From: Lingula anatina
Lineage: Eukaryota; Animalia; Brachiopoda
Reading direction: 5' to 3'
Assembly (NCBI GenBank): GCA_051362555.1
Contig: CM120644.1
Coordinates: 7,944,954 to 8,008,953, forward strand
DNA: 64,000 nucleotides
This document shows positions 13,147-26,949 of this stretch, piece by piece. A model generated the notes under the pieces. That model ran no database searches. It saw nothing but the letters and a program-made list of their open reading frames with translations, and had not been told where the DNA came from. Both the position numbers and the translations under genes were made by a program. Numbering within the stretch: position 1 is the first letter of the stretch; each line of letters starts with the position of its first letter.

Positions 13147-16100
13147 CAAATGAATATATAAATAAGTTAGAAGGTGAACCGTTAAACTTCTGTGTTCGCA
13201 TACTTAAGCTTTAAACGATCTCATACCCTAGACCCGCCACCCCCATGTCCCGAAAACAATCACAGGTGTAAGTTCGAGTATTACCTGTGTCTTGGTCATA
13301 AGTGAACGCGAGGGAAACCCACTTGTGCCTCTCAAAAAGCACAGAAGGACTTGTGGCGGAAGATCCTTGGGTACTTCCAGCCGAGTCTATTCTCTTATGT
13401 AAAAGGGCGCCAAATTTATTGTCCTGTTGGACATAAAAATGTGGGCCATGGGCGGTGTTGCCGCCAACCATTTTCCACGAAAGAAATAACATATTCGTCG
13501 AGCTATCTTCAGGATACATGTCCACACTCCAAGTCATGGAGCGCCGAACATCCAAAGCAAGGTTTTGTGGGATCGTGACATTACAGTCAGCGGTATTGCA
13601 AAAGACAAATGCTCCGTTCGGTTCGTTTTTCGGCCCAGGTGCATACGTGACGTCAGAGCCAAGAATTCCATGGTTCTCATTGCCAGAAACGTCGTTGGCG
13701 CCGTATTGCTGGTTGAGGTGCCACATGCCCACGGGACGGGGCTGAACTTCACCTAGCGATGATATTCAAGAGAGTCATACATATATATCTTAAACACTGT
13801 TTTTGATATAAATTGAGTTGAAATAATGATTATAAAACACAAAACTAGCATGTCTAATCATAAAAATGGCATTATTAAGGCCGCACTTGTATATTACAAG
13901 AAACGATTTGTTTTTCCAGGGGAAGGCATCGAAATGCTGTCACACGAAGAAACCTGTCCTCTCGAAATAACTATCTGATGTATTTTATCAAACCACAATC
14001 TACTTTAAAAGAGAGCGTTTTTGCACAGTCCTTTACCTATGAGCAGCAGTTGTTTTCCAATATTAAATAGAAATTTAAATTGAATTGCTTTCCTAGAAAA
14101 TCTCCTACCTTCCCGCAAAAATAAAAATAAAAATAAATAAATAAATAAAATAAAATAAAATATAATATAATAAATTAAAACAAAATAAAATAAATAAAAG
14201 ATTTTGCAACTTAACGCTACCTGTAGCCCAGCCAGATACCGCGAGCGTGCGCAGGGCAATACGTACCTTCAGTGAACCCTAGAATGTTCTCAGGCGAGCA
14301 GATATCCATGGCCTTCTTAATCTGGTATTCACTCAGAGCCACGTCGTACAACTTAACACAGCTTATATCGGCCTTTAAAAATCTATGGTCATTATAGGTA
14401 GCATTTTTAGCACCTAAAAAGAAAAGAAAAGGAGACATAAGGTGGTTAAAGAAAGCACTGGAAAAGTGAAACGAACCTGAGATACTTTGCTTTAATAGAA
14501 ATCGGAGTGCAGAAAGTATGTGTGTTGAAGTAAATGAAGTGAAAAAATGTGGAAGTTTAAAAAATATAATCATAACAAGAGAAGGACATTACGACGGAGC
14601 AGAGAAAAGGAAAATATGATAATGATGTTGAGGTACAAATGGTCGCAAAAAAACACGTTTTACATTTACCCATAGATATTGCATGCAGTCTGGCGTCTTC
14701 ATGGTCTTACTTCACGACAGAATAAGAATACCGGTGTGCAAGAGGATGATGAATAAATGTATAAAAACAAATCTTTTTGAAAAGAAAAACCAAACTTACC
14801 TATTCGAACAAAGTATTGTGTAGACAATTCATACTGTCCCACACTGTTTGTTCCAAATAGTTCGCCATCTCGGTACACGGTATGAACGCCAGCGGTATAG
14901 TCATATGTGACTGCCACATGGATCCACTGATCATGAAGGAAGTAGCTTCCGTGGGTAGCTGATGCCTCGTTTCCCCAGCCATCGGTACGACGACGAAAGG
15001 CGACATAATAAGAATTGGTGTCTGGGTGGAGCCACATTGCCAAAAAGCCCCACCCGTCCGCTTGTGTTGGGAAATCGAATTGAAATACTGGGGCGGTAGT
15101 TGTGGTTGAGTCTGTATTATAAAAGTATAGGAAAAGAAATGAGTAGTTATTGCACACAGGTAGGAAGAAATGTTTGCATTAATAACGTGCAATTTGAACT
15201 TGTTCCTTTATTGACGGACATTTTGGAAGAAAATGACCATTAAATAATCAAAGCTGATATGTGAGACAATTAGGCAATTAACCAAAACGTGCTCGAAAAA
15301 TTGTACATGCTCCTCTGGTTATGAGACACCCCTCACCAAATTATACTTCCTACGTGATTTGGATTGACAATATATTATGAAGCTAGATGGTAACGCCCGC
15401 ATTCTCAATAATGTTGGGTGATGTTGGGGGGGGGGGGGGGGAGAGGAGGGGTAGGCGAATGCAGATGCACAACATCCTATGCCAGAGAAAGTTCCTAGGG
15501 AAGTTTAATGATTGTAAGGTAGAACCAGGGGAAAGTTTGACCATATTAAACAACATCAACTAGGAGTATTAAAACTAAAGGTGAAGGCAAGGAAGATGGT
15601 GAAGGTGGAGGTTAAAGGAGGGTCTTAACACTAAGATAAAAGGAGGAAATTCAATAAGTGGACTTTGTAGGGAGAAAACAGCTGGGAGACAGAAGAAGGG
15701 GTGTTACGAAGCACAGAGGGGTCTTTCGACAAAAAGACCAAGCTTACCTATATTAATCCATGCCATAAAGGTTTGAGAGAACCTAGTATCCAGGTAACCA
15801 TTGTTAGGCAATTCGATATACGAGTCCATACTTCCAGCGAGACGAACAGCTCCGTTGTTGTCGCCATGGGGACCCGTGACATACGTCAGACCACTCATAG
15901 TAGCTTCATTTCCATGGCCTGTGACGTCATGGGAGCCATGAGCTGCGTCCAATGGCCACCAGCCAACAGGGAGTGGATGTGCTGAAACAAACAAAAGGGG
16001 GAAAAAAGATGAATGAATTTTTTAACATAATCATTTATTGACATGAGCGTTTTCAAGGGAGGGGTGGGACTGCAAGTGAACTGTATTATCAAAATCGTTC

Positions 16101-17061
16101 ATATTGTTATTTATCGGGAAGTGCTAGTAATATGTAATACGCATATGTTTATAGGCGGATATCTTAACGCGCTGGAGTAACATGCCAGTTCAATCGAAGA
16201 TGTACTGTCAGCAGATGCATAGCGTATAGATGATAGGTTGCCCATCGCAAGTTCACAACAGCTGAATATGGTTCCCATTAAACGCGTTTCCTCGACGCTT
16301 CTTTAAAGACAATATTGTACATTCTTAAGAACCACAGACTGTGGTCTCAATCATTGAATATACTCACTGTCCAACTCTGTGCTGCCCTCTGGTGTACACC
16401 TCCGCATGGTTCGCTTGATGTCATGCTGAGACAGGGCCACATTATACAACTTGATGCAACTTATTCTCCCCTTTGTCAGGTAGTTTGCCCCATTGTCATA
16501 AGGCTTGTAACCAATGCGGATTTTACTACCTGCGGTCGCAAGTTCTTGCTGTGTAGGGTTCCAAGAATGCACGAGTACTCCGTTCCGGTAGTAGAACACT
16601 TGGTTGGATGCGTAGTCGTATGTAATGGCAAGATGGCTCCATACACTGTCTGCGAAGAAACTAACGCTTGTGGAGCCTCGGTTTACAAAGGAGCGGTCAA
16701 AGTGGTAGACCCCGAGATTGTTTGGGTCCGCGTGGTTCCAGATATGAAAACCCCAAGTGTGGCTTGGATCGTCTGTATCGTAATCAAATAATGGACCATT
16801 TCCCCCTTTTGGCATGAAATATGCTGTAAAGGTGTAGGAATAACGGACGTCTAGCTTGCCATTGTTAGGTATGACGATGTGAGAGTTAATAGTGCCCGCT
16901 AAGGCGTAGGCGTCGTTTTTCCCGCCAAAAGGGCCCTGGGTTGGATATAACTCTGATGAGAGGGTTGCATGGTTTCCGTTTCCGGTTACGTCAGTTCCTT
17001 TGTAGCTGGACTCAAGAGGCCACCATCCAACAGGATACGGGAGTTCTGAAATGATATCCCA

Positions 17062-17110
<49 letters not shown>

Positions 17111-18764
17111 CTTGACATTTAATATGGAATATTTTTTTCGAAATAATTTTTTATCAGTTTTTTCCTATTTTGCGGACTGATAAATGAAAATAAGGATTAA
17201 AATCGTGTTTTAATAACTTTAAATTATCTATTTGATGTCATTGTGACATCAGTTCATTAATGGAATTCGCCAGAGAAACAAACAAAAACACATTGCCTAT
17301 TCTATGTCATACGACTCCCATTAAAAGAGATATTTTGGATCTCCATAGTTTCCAAATTATCGTATGTAAAAGGGTAATACGCTCCACAAAAGACCCTCAT
17401 GTCAGTTGCTAGTCACAGTAATGGTCGTTGTTACGCCTGGCCTCTTCGTGGCTGTTGTCAGCGCTCTCAAGCGGCAAGGCATTTCTTGAGGGTAGGTTTT
17501 TAGAGTTCAATCTGGAATAGCATTCTAGGCATCGGTCTGAAATTGTCCAATCTGGTCCAGTTTTGTTGTAGGACATGTAGGCAGTTGATTGGTGAGTAAT
17601 GGTCTACCGAAATATTGTCTATGTGGTTCAAATGTGGCGATTTTGATGACCAGGGTAGTTGCTCATCCCCTTGGTTCTGTAAGTTATCTGCTATTAAAAG
17701 TGCTCTGTGTGAACCTGCAACCTCCTCGTGCAACCTAGAATTGTTCCTAAGGTGCCCCCTATCAAATGATAGTCAAGTGGTTCCGAGATTATCCCTTTAT
17801 TTGATCTGGTTCAGGTTTTCGTCGATGACTACCATTGGTGTTTTGGCACCAATGTGGAATCTACTCCAAATACTGACGCTGTCAATCACCCTTGTCACTT
17901 TAGACCCGGCATATGCTTCGTCGTAGGCCTCTTCTGGATATCTGTAAACTCTGTTTTGACTAATTGGGCGTTACAGGTGAAATCTGACCTCAATAAAGAA
18001 AGCCACGCAGTTTCAGTGTTCTACCCAGAATCGTTCATGGCCCCCAATTCATTAGAGAAACAGACCACGATGTTTTGCTGTATACAGTGGGTACCTCGGA
18101 GGTCATTAGGTGTTCTTACCTGCTAAAACCAGTTTGGTGTTCGCTAAGGGCTTTGAAAAACGCATTTTAGTGGCAATTTACCCCTCGTTCTGAACGGACT
18201 AAGTGTTTTTTGTTTAGTTGCAGCAGCGTATCCCGAAAGACAGTGGGTCCTGTACCCTGTAGGTAAAATTTTGATACATTGGGGGTCACCTCTGTGTAGG
18301 TACATCAGTCTGGGCATTACTCTATAAAACTGTGGGGACCGTTCCGTTTGGCGCTATGATCTGTCTGGTGATGTCTGTCTTTTTCGCGCCATTCTGCCTT
18401 AGATTAACAAATTTGTAATGCACTTCTTGACTCATCTTACGCACTGCACAACTGGCCGCTTGCATGCAAAATTTCAAATTTTTCTATGCAGTAGTTGCTG
18501 AAATATGGATACTTTTTTGACAGAACCAAGCTTTGCCTAAGCCAAGCTTTGATCAGCCCAAAGGAACACTATCCAATTAAATCACTGCAAATTACATAGT
18601 GTAGCAGCGCAACATGCATGAAAGTCAGTTAATTGGTAGTGACACACATGACTGCATACTTTTACATTCACAAATCTTATATGAAATCGGAGTTATTTTA
18701 AAAAAGAACGTATTTTTACCTAGGTATACCTTCGAAACTGAAATATTCCATATTAAATGTCAAG

Positions 18765-18829
<65 letters not shown>

Positions 18830-19172
18830 TTTTTATGCTTTATTCATTGTAACGTATGCATCTACATGGATAGATGAAAATGTACAAAGGAATGCAAATA
18901 TATATAAATATGAATTATGATCAATAGTGATATTGTATGACTCCTCGTATGAAAAAAATACAAAACATATTTGGCAGAGCCCAAATGGCTCTACCTACCC
19001 AACTGGTTATGGGTGCAGCACAGTCCCTTTTTTGGAAGGCTAACCATAAATACTTGGCAAGAGCTATAATATGTTCGTTCTTCTTACCAGTCATTAGTGT
19101 TTTAAATTTATCCATTCTGGTAAGATGCTCAAAGTGACTATGTTGTTTTTTGTATATTGAATAAAGATCATC

Positions 19173-19238
<66 letters not shown>

Positions 19239-19366
19239 AAAGACAACTTGAGTGTTCTTATTTGCCAAATATTTGCCAAATATATATACTACAAAATAAA
19301 GGGGCAAGCTTAGACATCAATACGACCGGAATGCAATAATGTACATTTGTAAATTGTACATAATTC

Positions 19367-19416
<50 letters not shown>

Positions 19417-22400
19417 CCAATTAGATGACTCTTAATTGCATCCCCAACCACAAAAATTATTTTCAGTGGTGGCACCATTGGAAATATTGATCCATAATCT
19501 GAATTGCACATAGAGCTTTCGACGTCCCAATCAGAGCAAACAATTCATAATTGCCATCATATAAGATGCCACGAGGCAAAAGTACCATCAGAGTCCAAGA
19601 GAATGCAAACATAGACAAGGCCCTGCATGTTTACCTTCTGGGACACACAGCTGGCGAGCATTCCTGATATGGGCTTGGGGTAAAGCCACGTCGTACCACT
19701 GAATACAAGACACGCTACCGGCAAACGACCTAGTATCCGAGTTATATGAGGCATACCGGGACCCTACGTATACATCATACTGGGTGGCGTGTTCCACCTG
19801 GCCTATGTTTGACTGAGTGTTTATCTGAAATGAAGTTATACTTTACTAATAAGAATGAAGAGATTAATAAATGACAGAGGAAATAATAATAATAAAAAAC
19901 ATACCATAGATTTTGAAATTAAGGTGAAAAATAACTAAGATTCACCCCCATTTTTTGAACAAACTGTTATCCGATGACGTTTCTGGCCAAGAACTGCATA
20001 GAGATTTTATTGAAGGAACAACGCTATTGCCTCACCTCGACCAGACGCACTGCTTGTGCTGGCAGTGTCCGCGAATCATATTTCTTAACCTACCTCAGCA
20101 TCTTTCCAAATGGTCATATCCCCAGTCGTATAGTCGTATGTCACACTCACGAAGACCCACGTGTTTGACGTCAGCACACCGCTGCCGTAGAGCGCTGCCA
20201 CAGAGACTGCTCCATCACTCCTGCTTCGAGGGGCAACAACAAGCGTGGTTGTATCAGGATACTGCCAGATTAGCAACCCAAAATCATCGTAAACGGAGTT
20301 TGGGAAATGAAAACTAAACAACGGGCCTTGCGTTGATCCGCCATTGTAAACCCAAGCCGAGAACGTCCACGAGTAACGGGCGTCCAGCTGTCCGTTGTTC
20401 GGGATGTGTATGTAGCTAGATACAGACCCGCCGAAGTTGTAGGCAGTATTACCTACTCCTTCATGTCCAGTCGTCAAGGAAACAGAAAACCCGCTACCAT
20501 GGTTTCCACCGCCACTGATGTCACTATATGTATAGTCTGCGTTCAGAGGCCAAAAGCCTATCGGGCGTCTCCAAGTACCTGGTTTAAAAGAGAAACTGTT
20601 TGTGGAAAATACTTCATGTAAATTAATTAATTGATCGAGTTTTTTTTTGTTCTTCCCAAAAGTGCCCCGATTTTAGTGTGCATCGAACGGCTCACCAAAA
20701 TTTTAGAATTATTAACCTACTCAATGAAGCTCCGTCTTGGGAGTTCCAATCCCTTGCTTCACTAACGCATCCCCTAAAGCACATTATGCGGTCTTTCGTC
20801 ATGGTTATAAATCATTGCATGTGACCCGAAATCTTTGGACTTGTGCGCAGTAGTTAGTGTATTTTTAAAACTTTAAATTCGTATGGTGATGCTCAATATC
20901 AAAGGACGTAATTTTTTTAAATTTAAAATCAATCCACCTCGCCTTTAAATAACAAAACCTCTTTTGAGCACGCTGTCATCTCTTTGTGGCTAATTAAGAA
21001 TTGCAAATGACACGAACAATAGTCATAAAAATTGAGACAAAAAGCAACCTGCCACATAGTAGCCAACAATGCTGCATAGAATCGATATCGATATTCTGTT
21101 TTAATCTCTATATTTAACAATGTCCACATCATGCCATTTCATTGGGGAAATATTGTCAATACAGGGAATAATGACGATCGATTAGTGACTTTCTGGTGGC
21201 GTTTTTGTGTTTAGTTAAAGCGGAAGCTTACGCTCAATAAGGAGACACTTGTGCACGTAAAATAAGACATCGGTCTAACCACATTCGCTTGTCCTTGTTG
21301 AAAATAGTTTTATGTAATATGTTTATAGATAAAGGTTCATTCACGGTGACGGAAGGATTTAAACAAACGTGGCAAATTCGTGTATGTCCCCATTTGTTTG
21401 TTGTAAGAAGTTATGTGTTGATTGCAAGTAAAACGGCATTTGAAGAAATTTCAATAATTTCAATAATTGTAATTTGTTTCAGATGCGGAGAATGAGCATG
21501 ATATCCCCTTGCATAAGTTTTGACAAAGTTAACTGCATTATCCAATAGATTATCTATCAGCAAGCCAGTAGATCATACAATTAAAGCAATAATAACTCTT
21601 CGTTTCGGCCAAAAAATGAATTTTCCTGGAGTAAACAACAATTTTCCCATACTTACCAATGGTTAATGAATCCATTTTTACATTCAAAGTTAGTCCCTGG
21701 TTTTTTTCTTAAAAGTTTGGTTTTTTGTTAAAATCTCTTAAGAGATTTTAACAGAGTATAGACATCAATGGAGGTCACGTGGTCTAAAGACAAGTTCAAA
21801 TATCAGAATAAAAGCTATAACTGCTGTTTGTGTGGTAAAACAGAATATATTATATTTCTATGAGTTATTCACAAGGTTTTTATTATGAAATGTAGATCTC
21901 ATACGAAGAGTTATTATCCCTTTAAGTTTAAATACATCACGAAGAGTTGAAAAATTCCTCAAACTCTAACAAGGGTGTATATGCGTTCCGATACCATTTA
22001 AAAGCCTGATGACGCCGGCCTTACACGGAAGACCAGCTGCGTTTCATATATATCTACTCATTTAAACCCGGAAAAACTAAACTAAAATATCCAAATTTTA
22101 CACAATGACCAAAGCTGCAGCTGAAGTGAGAACTGTGTATACTTTCACGAACGTTGTTCCCTAAGGCTGCCCCCGTGCGCTCCGTTGACTCTCTGTAATT
22201 CCAAACGCTCTACTTTTAAATTAAAACCTTTCATGTTATAAGATCATTTAAATGAAAAATGATAATTCTAATAGCAAAGATAGTGAGAAAATTCTTTTCC
22301 AAGATAAACGGGTTGTGTGCAGTAAATAGTGTGGAAAACGATGTGAATTATTGCATATGTAATTATATAATTACGTTATTGTGAAAAACCAAACTAAAAA

Positions 22401-22559
22401 TCCACTTGTACATCTATATCACCATATAAACCCCGATTTTTTGCATAAATCCATAATGTATACATTATCTGGTACTTCGTTTGCTGCATTATCCATTAAC
22501 CCACCTTCAACGCTGCAGATGCAGACACAGCCAAAAATCCAGACTAGTGCAGACCACAT
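10127..22559 (-). CDS. Secreted protein: signal peptide + five LamG/pentraxin-like (concanavalin A-like) domains + C-terminal PAN/apple domain, copy A, ~1235 aa
   Basis: 14 exons: 22559-22505, 20578-20094, 19824-19635, 17045-16368, 15981-15748, 15111-14800, 14413-14267, 13752-13285, 13009-12800, 12351-12244, 11941-11765, 11471-11284, 10777-10603, 10407-10127; total 3708 nt with all phases consistent. Repeated motif P(V/I)GxWPL..D.SGNGN.....NNG.LD.RYS.T...W...TYD..TG....C..LYD.AL. Last exon C..FC.....CLSFNF......CE is PAN-like. Confidence 0.9.
17400..18130 (-). mobile_element. Decayed Tc1/mariner transposase relic in intron 3 of copy A
   Basis: ORF 17500-17733 contains LPWSSKSPHLNHIDNI, resembling the Tc1 WPSQSPDLNPIEN motif. 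This intron is 2.6 kb versus 239 bp in copy B. Boundaries approximate. Confidence 0.65.
18830..19175 (-). mobile_element. 3' end of a non-LTR retrotransposon (ORF2 C-terminus + 3' UTR) embedded in (TA)n
   Basis: Encodes DLYSIYKKQH...DKFKTLM...IIALAKYLWLAFQKR followed by an AATAAA tail. Near-identical copy at 35015-35392. Confidence 0.7.
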
Positions 22560-23498
22560 GCTGAAGTTTCAAGAGCAGTTGGAAAACTGTTGTCCACAAT
22601 CATTCGTGTAGACTTCTAATTGCTGTTGCCCCCGTTGATTCCACAACTCAGTCTCGCCTACCTTGGGTTTAAAATCTAAGTTTACAAGACGCAGTAGGCT
22701 TACGGTCAATATAAATCAATTCAGAAACAATTAAATTGACGGTGGTTATACACAGCACAGACGGATATCACATGCGGGCCATGTATTAAATTTATTAGTG
22801 AATTTGGGTTGAAAGTTCGCCCGCAGCCTAGAACAGCCTACTTTGTAATTTTTTCTTTTAAAAAATCGAACTTGGTGAAGTATTGATGTCCAATATTCAT
22901 CCGCCTTGACTGGATTTGTCATTTTTTTTATCGACATGCAGTTTTTGTCTCAGTTTCAGGGTACGATATCATTAATTAAACCCGATGGGGAACATAACCA
23001 TAATCAATTTCCCAAATAAAAAGGTCTTTTTACATTGAGTAAATTATCTAAGCGATACTAGTGTGTTTAAGTGGTCCTACCATGTAATTTGCCCGGTAAG
23101 CTTCAGCAGGAATTTATTCTAAATTACATGTTCGACACAAGTTCGTTATCTGCTGTTTATTTAAAAGTATCTCATCTAAGATTTTCCCGACAAGTCACAT
23201 AAAAAAATAAGAAGCAAATTTATCCTACTCTCGAACCATCCACTCGGGCTCGATATTTTATACTATTTTTTTTTTTTTGATAAGCCACTTAAAAATGAGA
23301 AGTCCAACCTTTTGACCGCCATGTCTTCCAGTACAGAAATATTTCACAATTTTCAGAGGGAAATTTCGACATCGAGTACTTTTATGTGAGGGCTTTTATC
23401 GTTTTAAACGTTTGTATTGGAAAATGTAAGAAGCTTTGGAGGATGTGTAAACATATAAAATGCAACTTATAGCGCATTTAGAACAAGTTGATCTGCAG

Positions 23499-23645
23499 GC
23501 TGACAGATCCACGGATCAAAAGTGGCCGACCAACGTGAAAGCTTGCCGCATAATCCCCTTATACACACCAAATAGATTCCCTGCTCAGCTTACGCAGTAC
23601 GCTTTCAAGTGGGTCGGCCATATTTGATCCGCGGATTTGTTAGTC
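23499..23645. mobile_element. MITE with ~30-bp imperfect terminal inverted repeats
   Basis: gctgacagatccacggatcaaaagtggccgacc ... ggtcggccatatttgatccgcggatttgttagt. Related copy at 42226-42376. Confidence 0.6.
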
Positions 23646-24499
23646 TGCGGATACACTTTATCTTCACATGTCTACTACCCGTAGCACAAAAGTGTCACTC
23701 CTAACGCAATGCATAAAATGACACAGAAAATGTCACAAACCAATGCTCTTTATTCAACTTCTAAAAAGATTTTTCACAACAATTTACTGATTGTTCAACC
23801 AATGAATAAATTAAACAAATTAAAAAATCCAAATCACATTTAAATATTTTGTGCAGTATCTTCTGGATGGAACGGTCTACAATAAGCAAATACAATAACT
23901 ATGCCATTGACCATTCGGTCTCTGTCAAAGAGTAGGTTAATTTAATCCCACTCAGGTAGCTCTAGCTTGAAAGAATTACAATGTACAGAGGGGGTAACAC
24001 GGAATAAATTGTAGGGTTAGTGAAAGAAAGCTTCACATTCAATCAAATGCTACTACTGTCAGAAAACATAAACACCGACTCAATATAGGCGTTTGTTATA
24101 GTAAGACAGCAAAAATATTCTAGGGGTACGAAAAATTGAAAGAGCTGCATTTTAGACAATTTGTGAAATGCAACAGTCTTTGCCGGGACTTAGGAGGCCG
24201 AATATTGAATTATAGCCTTTTTGAAGCTTACACGTGAGGTGAACATGACGTTAATTGTCTGCTGCATTGCACTCTAGTAAGTTGGGAGTAGACAATTTAG
24301 AGTAAAGAGCAGAAGGTCGTCCTGGTGTAACGTGACAGTGAGTCCCCCATAATAGAGTCTGCTTCACATTCATTTGTACAGGTAAGTTTCGCCCTATATT
24401 TTGACCCACTAAGGTCAGGCTATCCCTAACCATTATATGTAAATGGAGGGCGGAATTTCTGTTATACGGACTCTCGGTTTCGTTACACCCGGTTGAAAT

Positions 24500-24672
24500 G
24501 GGGCCGTAGCAATAGTCCGAAAGTTCAATAGTCCGAAGGTTCATTGGTCCGAATGTTCACTAGAGAACCTTCGGACCAATGAACCTTTGATTAAAAAATC
24601 GATGAAAATGTTACCACTTTTCGGACCAATGAACCTTCGGACCAATGAACCTTCGGACTATCGAGACGCCCC
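24500..24672. mobile_element. MITE whose arms are inverted arrays of a 16-bp repeat, possibly inserted in a tRNA-SINE relic (~24440-24870)
   Basis: ggggccgtagcaatagtccgaa(ggttcattggtccgaa)n ... (cttcggaccaatgaac)n ttcggactatcgagacgcccc, flanked by gttgaaat / gttcaaaat (possible TSD). Confidence 0.6.
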
Positions 24673-25032
24673 CGTTCAAAATCCCTGGTCTGAGATGGCC
24701 TGCCTCTGGGCAATAACCTGTGGTCTCAGATACTGTCGTGTATAGGGCTGAAATAGTCACGATTGGACCGTCACCCTCGGTTCTCGTGTCATCACGGCTT
24801 TAGATCAACGTTATGCTAAGACCGTCATAAAAATCATATTGTCGTTAAACGTCATATTTAATATAATCATCATTTTTAATCTAAATAGCTGGCTGTATTG
24901 ATAATAAATTAATTCTGTGTTTACGTGAACCGAGCAAAATTGAGTTTTGAATAAAATAATATTTTTGCAGCCTACTGCACTAACCGTGCCTGAACGGCTG
25001 TCTCAGTCTGACTTTAATCACTTGCAATAAGA

Positions 25033-26901
25033 CTAAGACTCAGTAATATAGACCAAATTACTCATCAGTTCATAATAAACGTATTCATCTCTAAGGTCTA
25101 CAATGCCGTGTGTCCCGTTAAACCTCGTGTGGTATGACGAGAGCTCACAGACTTTTGATTGGCGCGCAAAGTTGAAAGAGAGGCAGTTAACCTCTCTGTT
25201 GCACAATTCAGTGCAGCGCAGCAGTGAACAGGTCGTCTTATTGGACAAAGTGAGAAAACCTGGCAATCCACGCCCCAGTGCCACTGGACTCTTAAAGAAC
25301 TCCGCTGATTTTTCTAGAAAGAAAAAAAAGACGTAGGTAATCAACAGGCGTTGTCTAAGTAACATGTTTGACGATGGTGTTGGTGCAGCGTTCAAAGTAC
25401 ATTATGTGTGACGAAACGTATTTTGGATTGAAAGGCGTGAAAGCAAATTGCCAAATCCATGCCTGAAATTTCGCTTCTTAATTAAAAAAAAAAAAATAAT
25501 AAAAAATAAATAAATAAAACAAACGTGCCCTTTGAACCGCAAATATTCATGGATTTCTTGACTTCAGTACAGTTAAGTGCCCTGTCGTAAAGCTGCATGC
25601 ATTTCAACCTCCCTGTGAACGAGCGGGAATCCCCGGCAGTTTTTCCCATACGTAGCGCTCCCATTGTGCTGTGCTCCACCGATCCAAAATACGTACTGGC
25701 GACCTGAGAAACAAGAAGACGTGTTTATAGCACATTTCTACACTAATAAAAGTTACCTGAAACGTGTAATACTACTCTCGTCGCAACTAGCACAATCACT
25801 GAGCAGGGGCAGATCCAGGATTATTTGAAGGGGGTGGTGTAGGTCCAGTAGTTGATTGATTTTAGGAAGGGGGTCCTGGATTGCCAAACCATGAACGTGG
25901 AGTTGGGTCGGAAGGCTAATGGAGAATACATTCAGGCGCTAACGGTACGTTGTATACATTTATAGTTAATGTGTGCCTAACATGACAAAAATCAAACATA
26001 ACAATTGACCGCCAACATCAACATCACCAGAAGAGTCGAAAGGTCGCTGGAAAGGCTTTTTTTCTGTATATTCTTTACCTCGTATCCGTTCTTATAGATC
26101 ACGGCCATTCCTGAGCCAAAACTGTACGTCCATCCTATATATGTCCAAGTATCCATGTCCAGAACACCACTGGCGTTATACCATGGTCCCAAGGTACCAT
26201 CCCTGTACCCAAGTCTCACGAGAATATCGGAGTTGCCAATCTGCATAACGTGGGTTCCAAAACCGCCTTAAACATAAAATCGATAGTGGAATATAAATAT
26301 TGTGGTAATGTGAAATTATTTGAAAGATGAGATTGAAAAAAGTTCTATCCAGAGCACAGGTTACTTACTGACAAGCGCACAAAGGATCTATAGAAGACAT
26401 AATCAAACAGCTTAAATTGCCGTTTCCCCTGTCATTTTCATATCAGAGAACAAATTAGTGCTGTGCAAAAAGTATAACAAAAATGGTCATTCAATAACAC
26501 CAATTTTGAACAGACATGTAACAAAGCAAATGCAATTACAGTTATACAAGTGCATTACATAGCAATGAGCGATTTATTCTTACCGGAAGAAGCGTTTTCA
26601 TGCTCGAAGTTGCAGATCGGTCCTTTTGTAGATGATGAGGAGGTGTATACATAGCCAAGGAATGTGAAGGAATAACGGACATCCAACGATCCATTATTAG
26701 AAACTTCTATGTAAGAATTTATTGGGAACCCTATACTCCCACCTTTTTCGTCCTTGAGACCTGAACGGAATTTAGGAAATAATTTAAATACGTATTTAAA
26801 TGTAATATGTATTTGTATGATAGTTACACCACTTTATAGGAAAAAGGTTACCACACTTTGTGTGCCGCCGGTAGGCCTACATAGTGGTAAAATCTACTTC
26901 T

Positions 26902-26949
<48 letters not shown>

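Noticed and set aside
18614-19339. ORFs with YIYIYI runs, and similar poly-K/F/N/C/L ORFs at ~13000, 38500, 43400, 61600 and 63100
   Set aside because: Translations of (TA)n, (TAA)n, (GTT)n and poly-A/T tracts.
21657-21696. Possible extra 40-nt exon in LamG copy A (good gtaagt donor on the minus strand)
   Set aside because: Purine-rich acceptor, would shift the frame, and no clear counterpart in copy B; exon 1 already joins exon 2 in phase.
21726-21753. Perfect 28-bp palindrome tgttaaaatctcttaagagattttaaca
   Set aside because: Real, but AT-rich, intronic and not seen in copy B; most likely transposon debris.
24500-24672. 16-bp repeats that superficially resemble a CRISPR array
   Set aside because: No unique spacers, repeats are inverted between the two arms, no cas genes, and the context is eukaryotic; better explained as a MITE.
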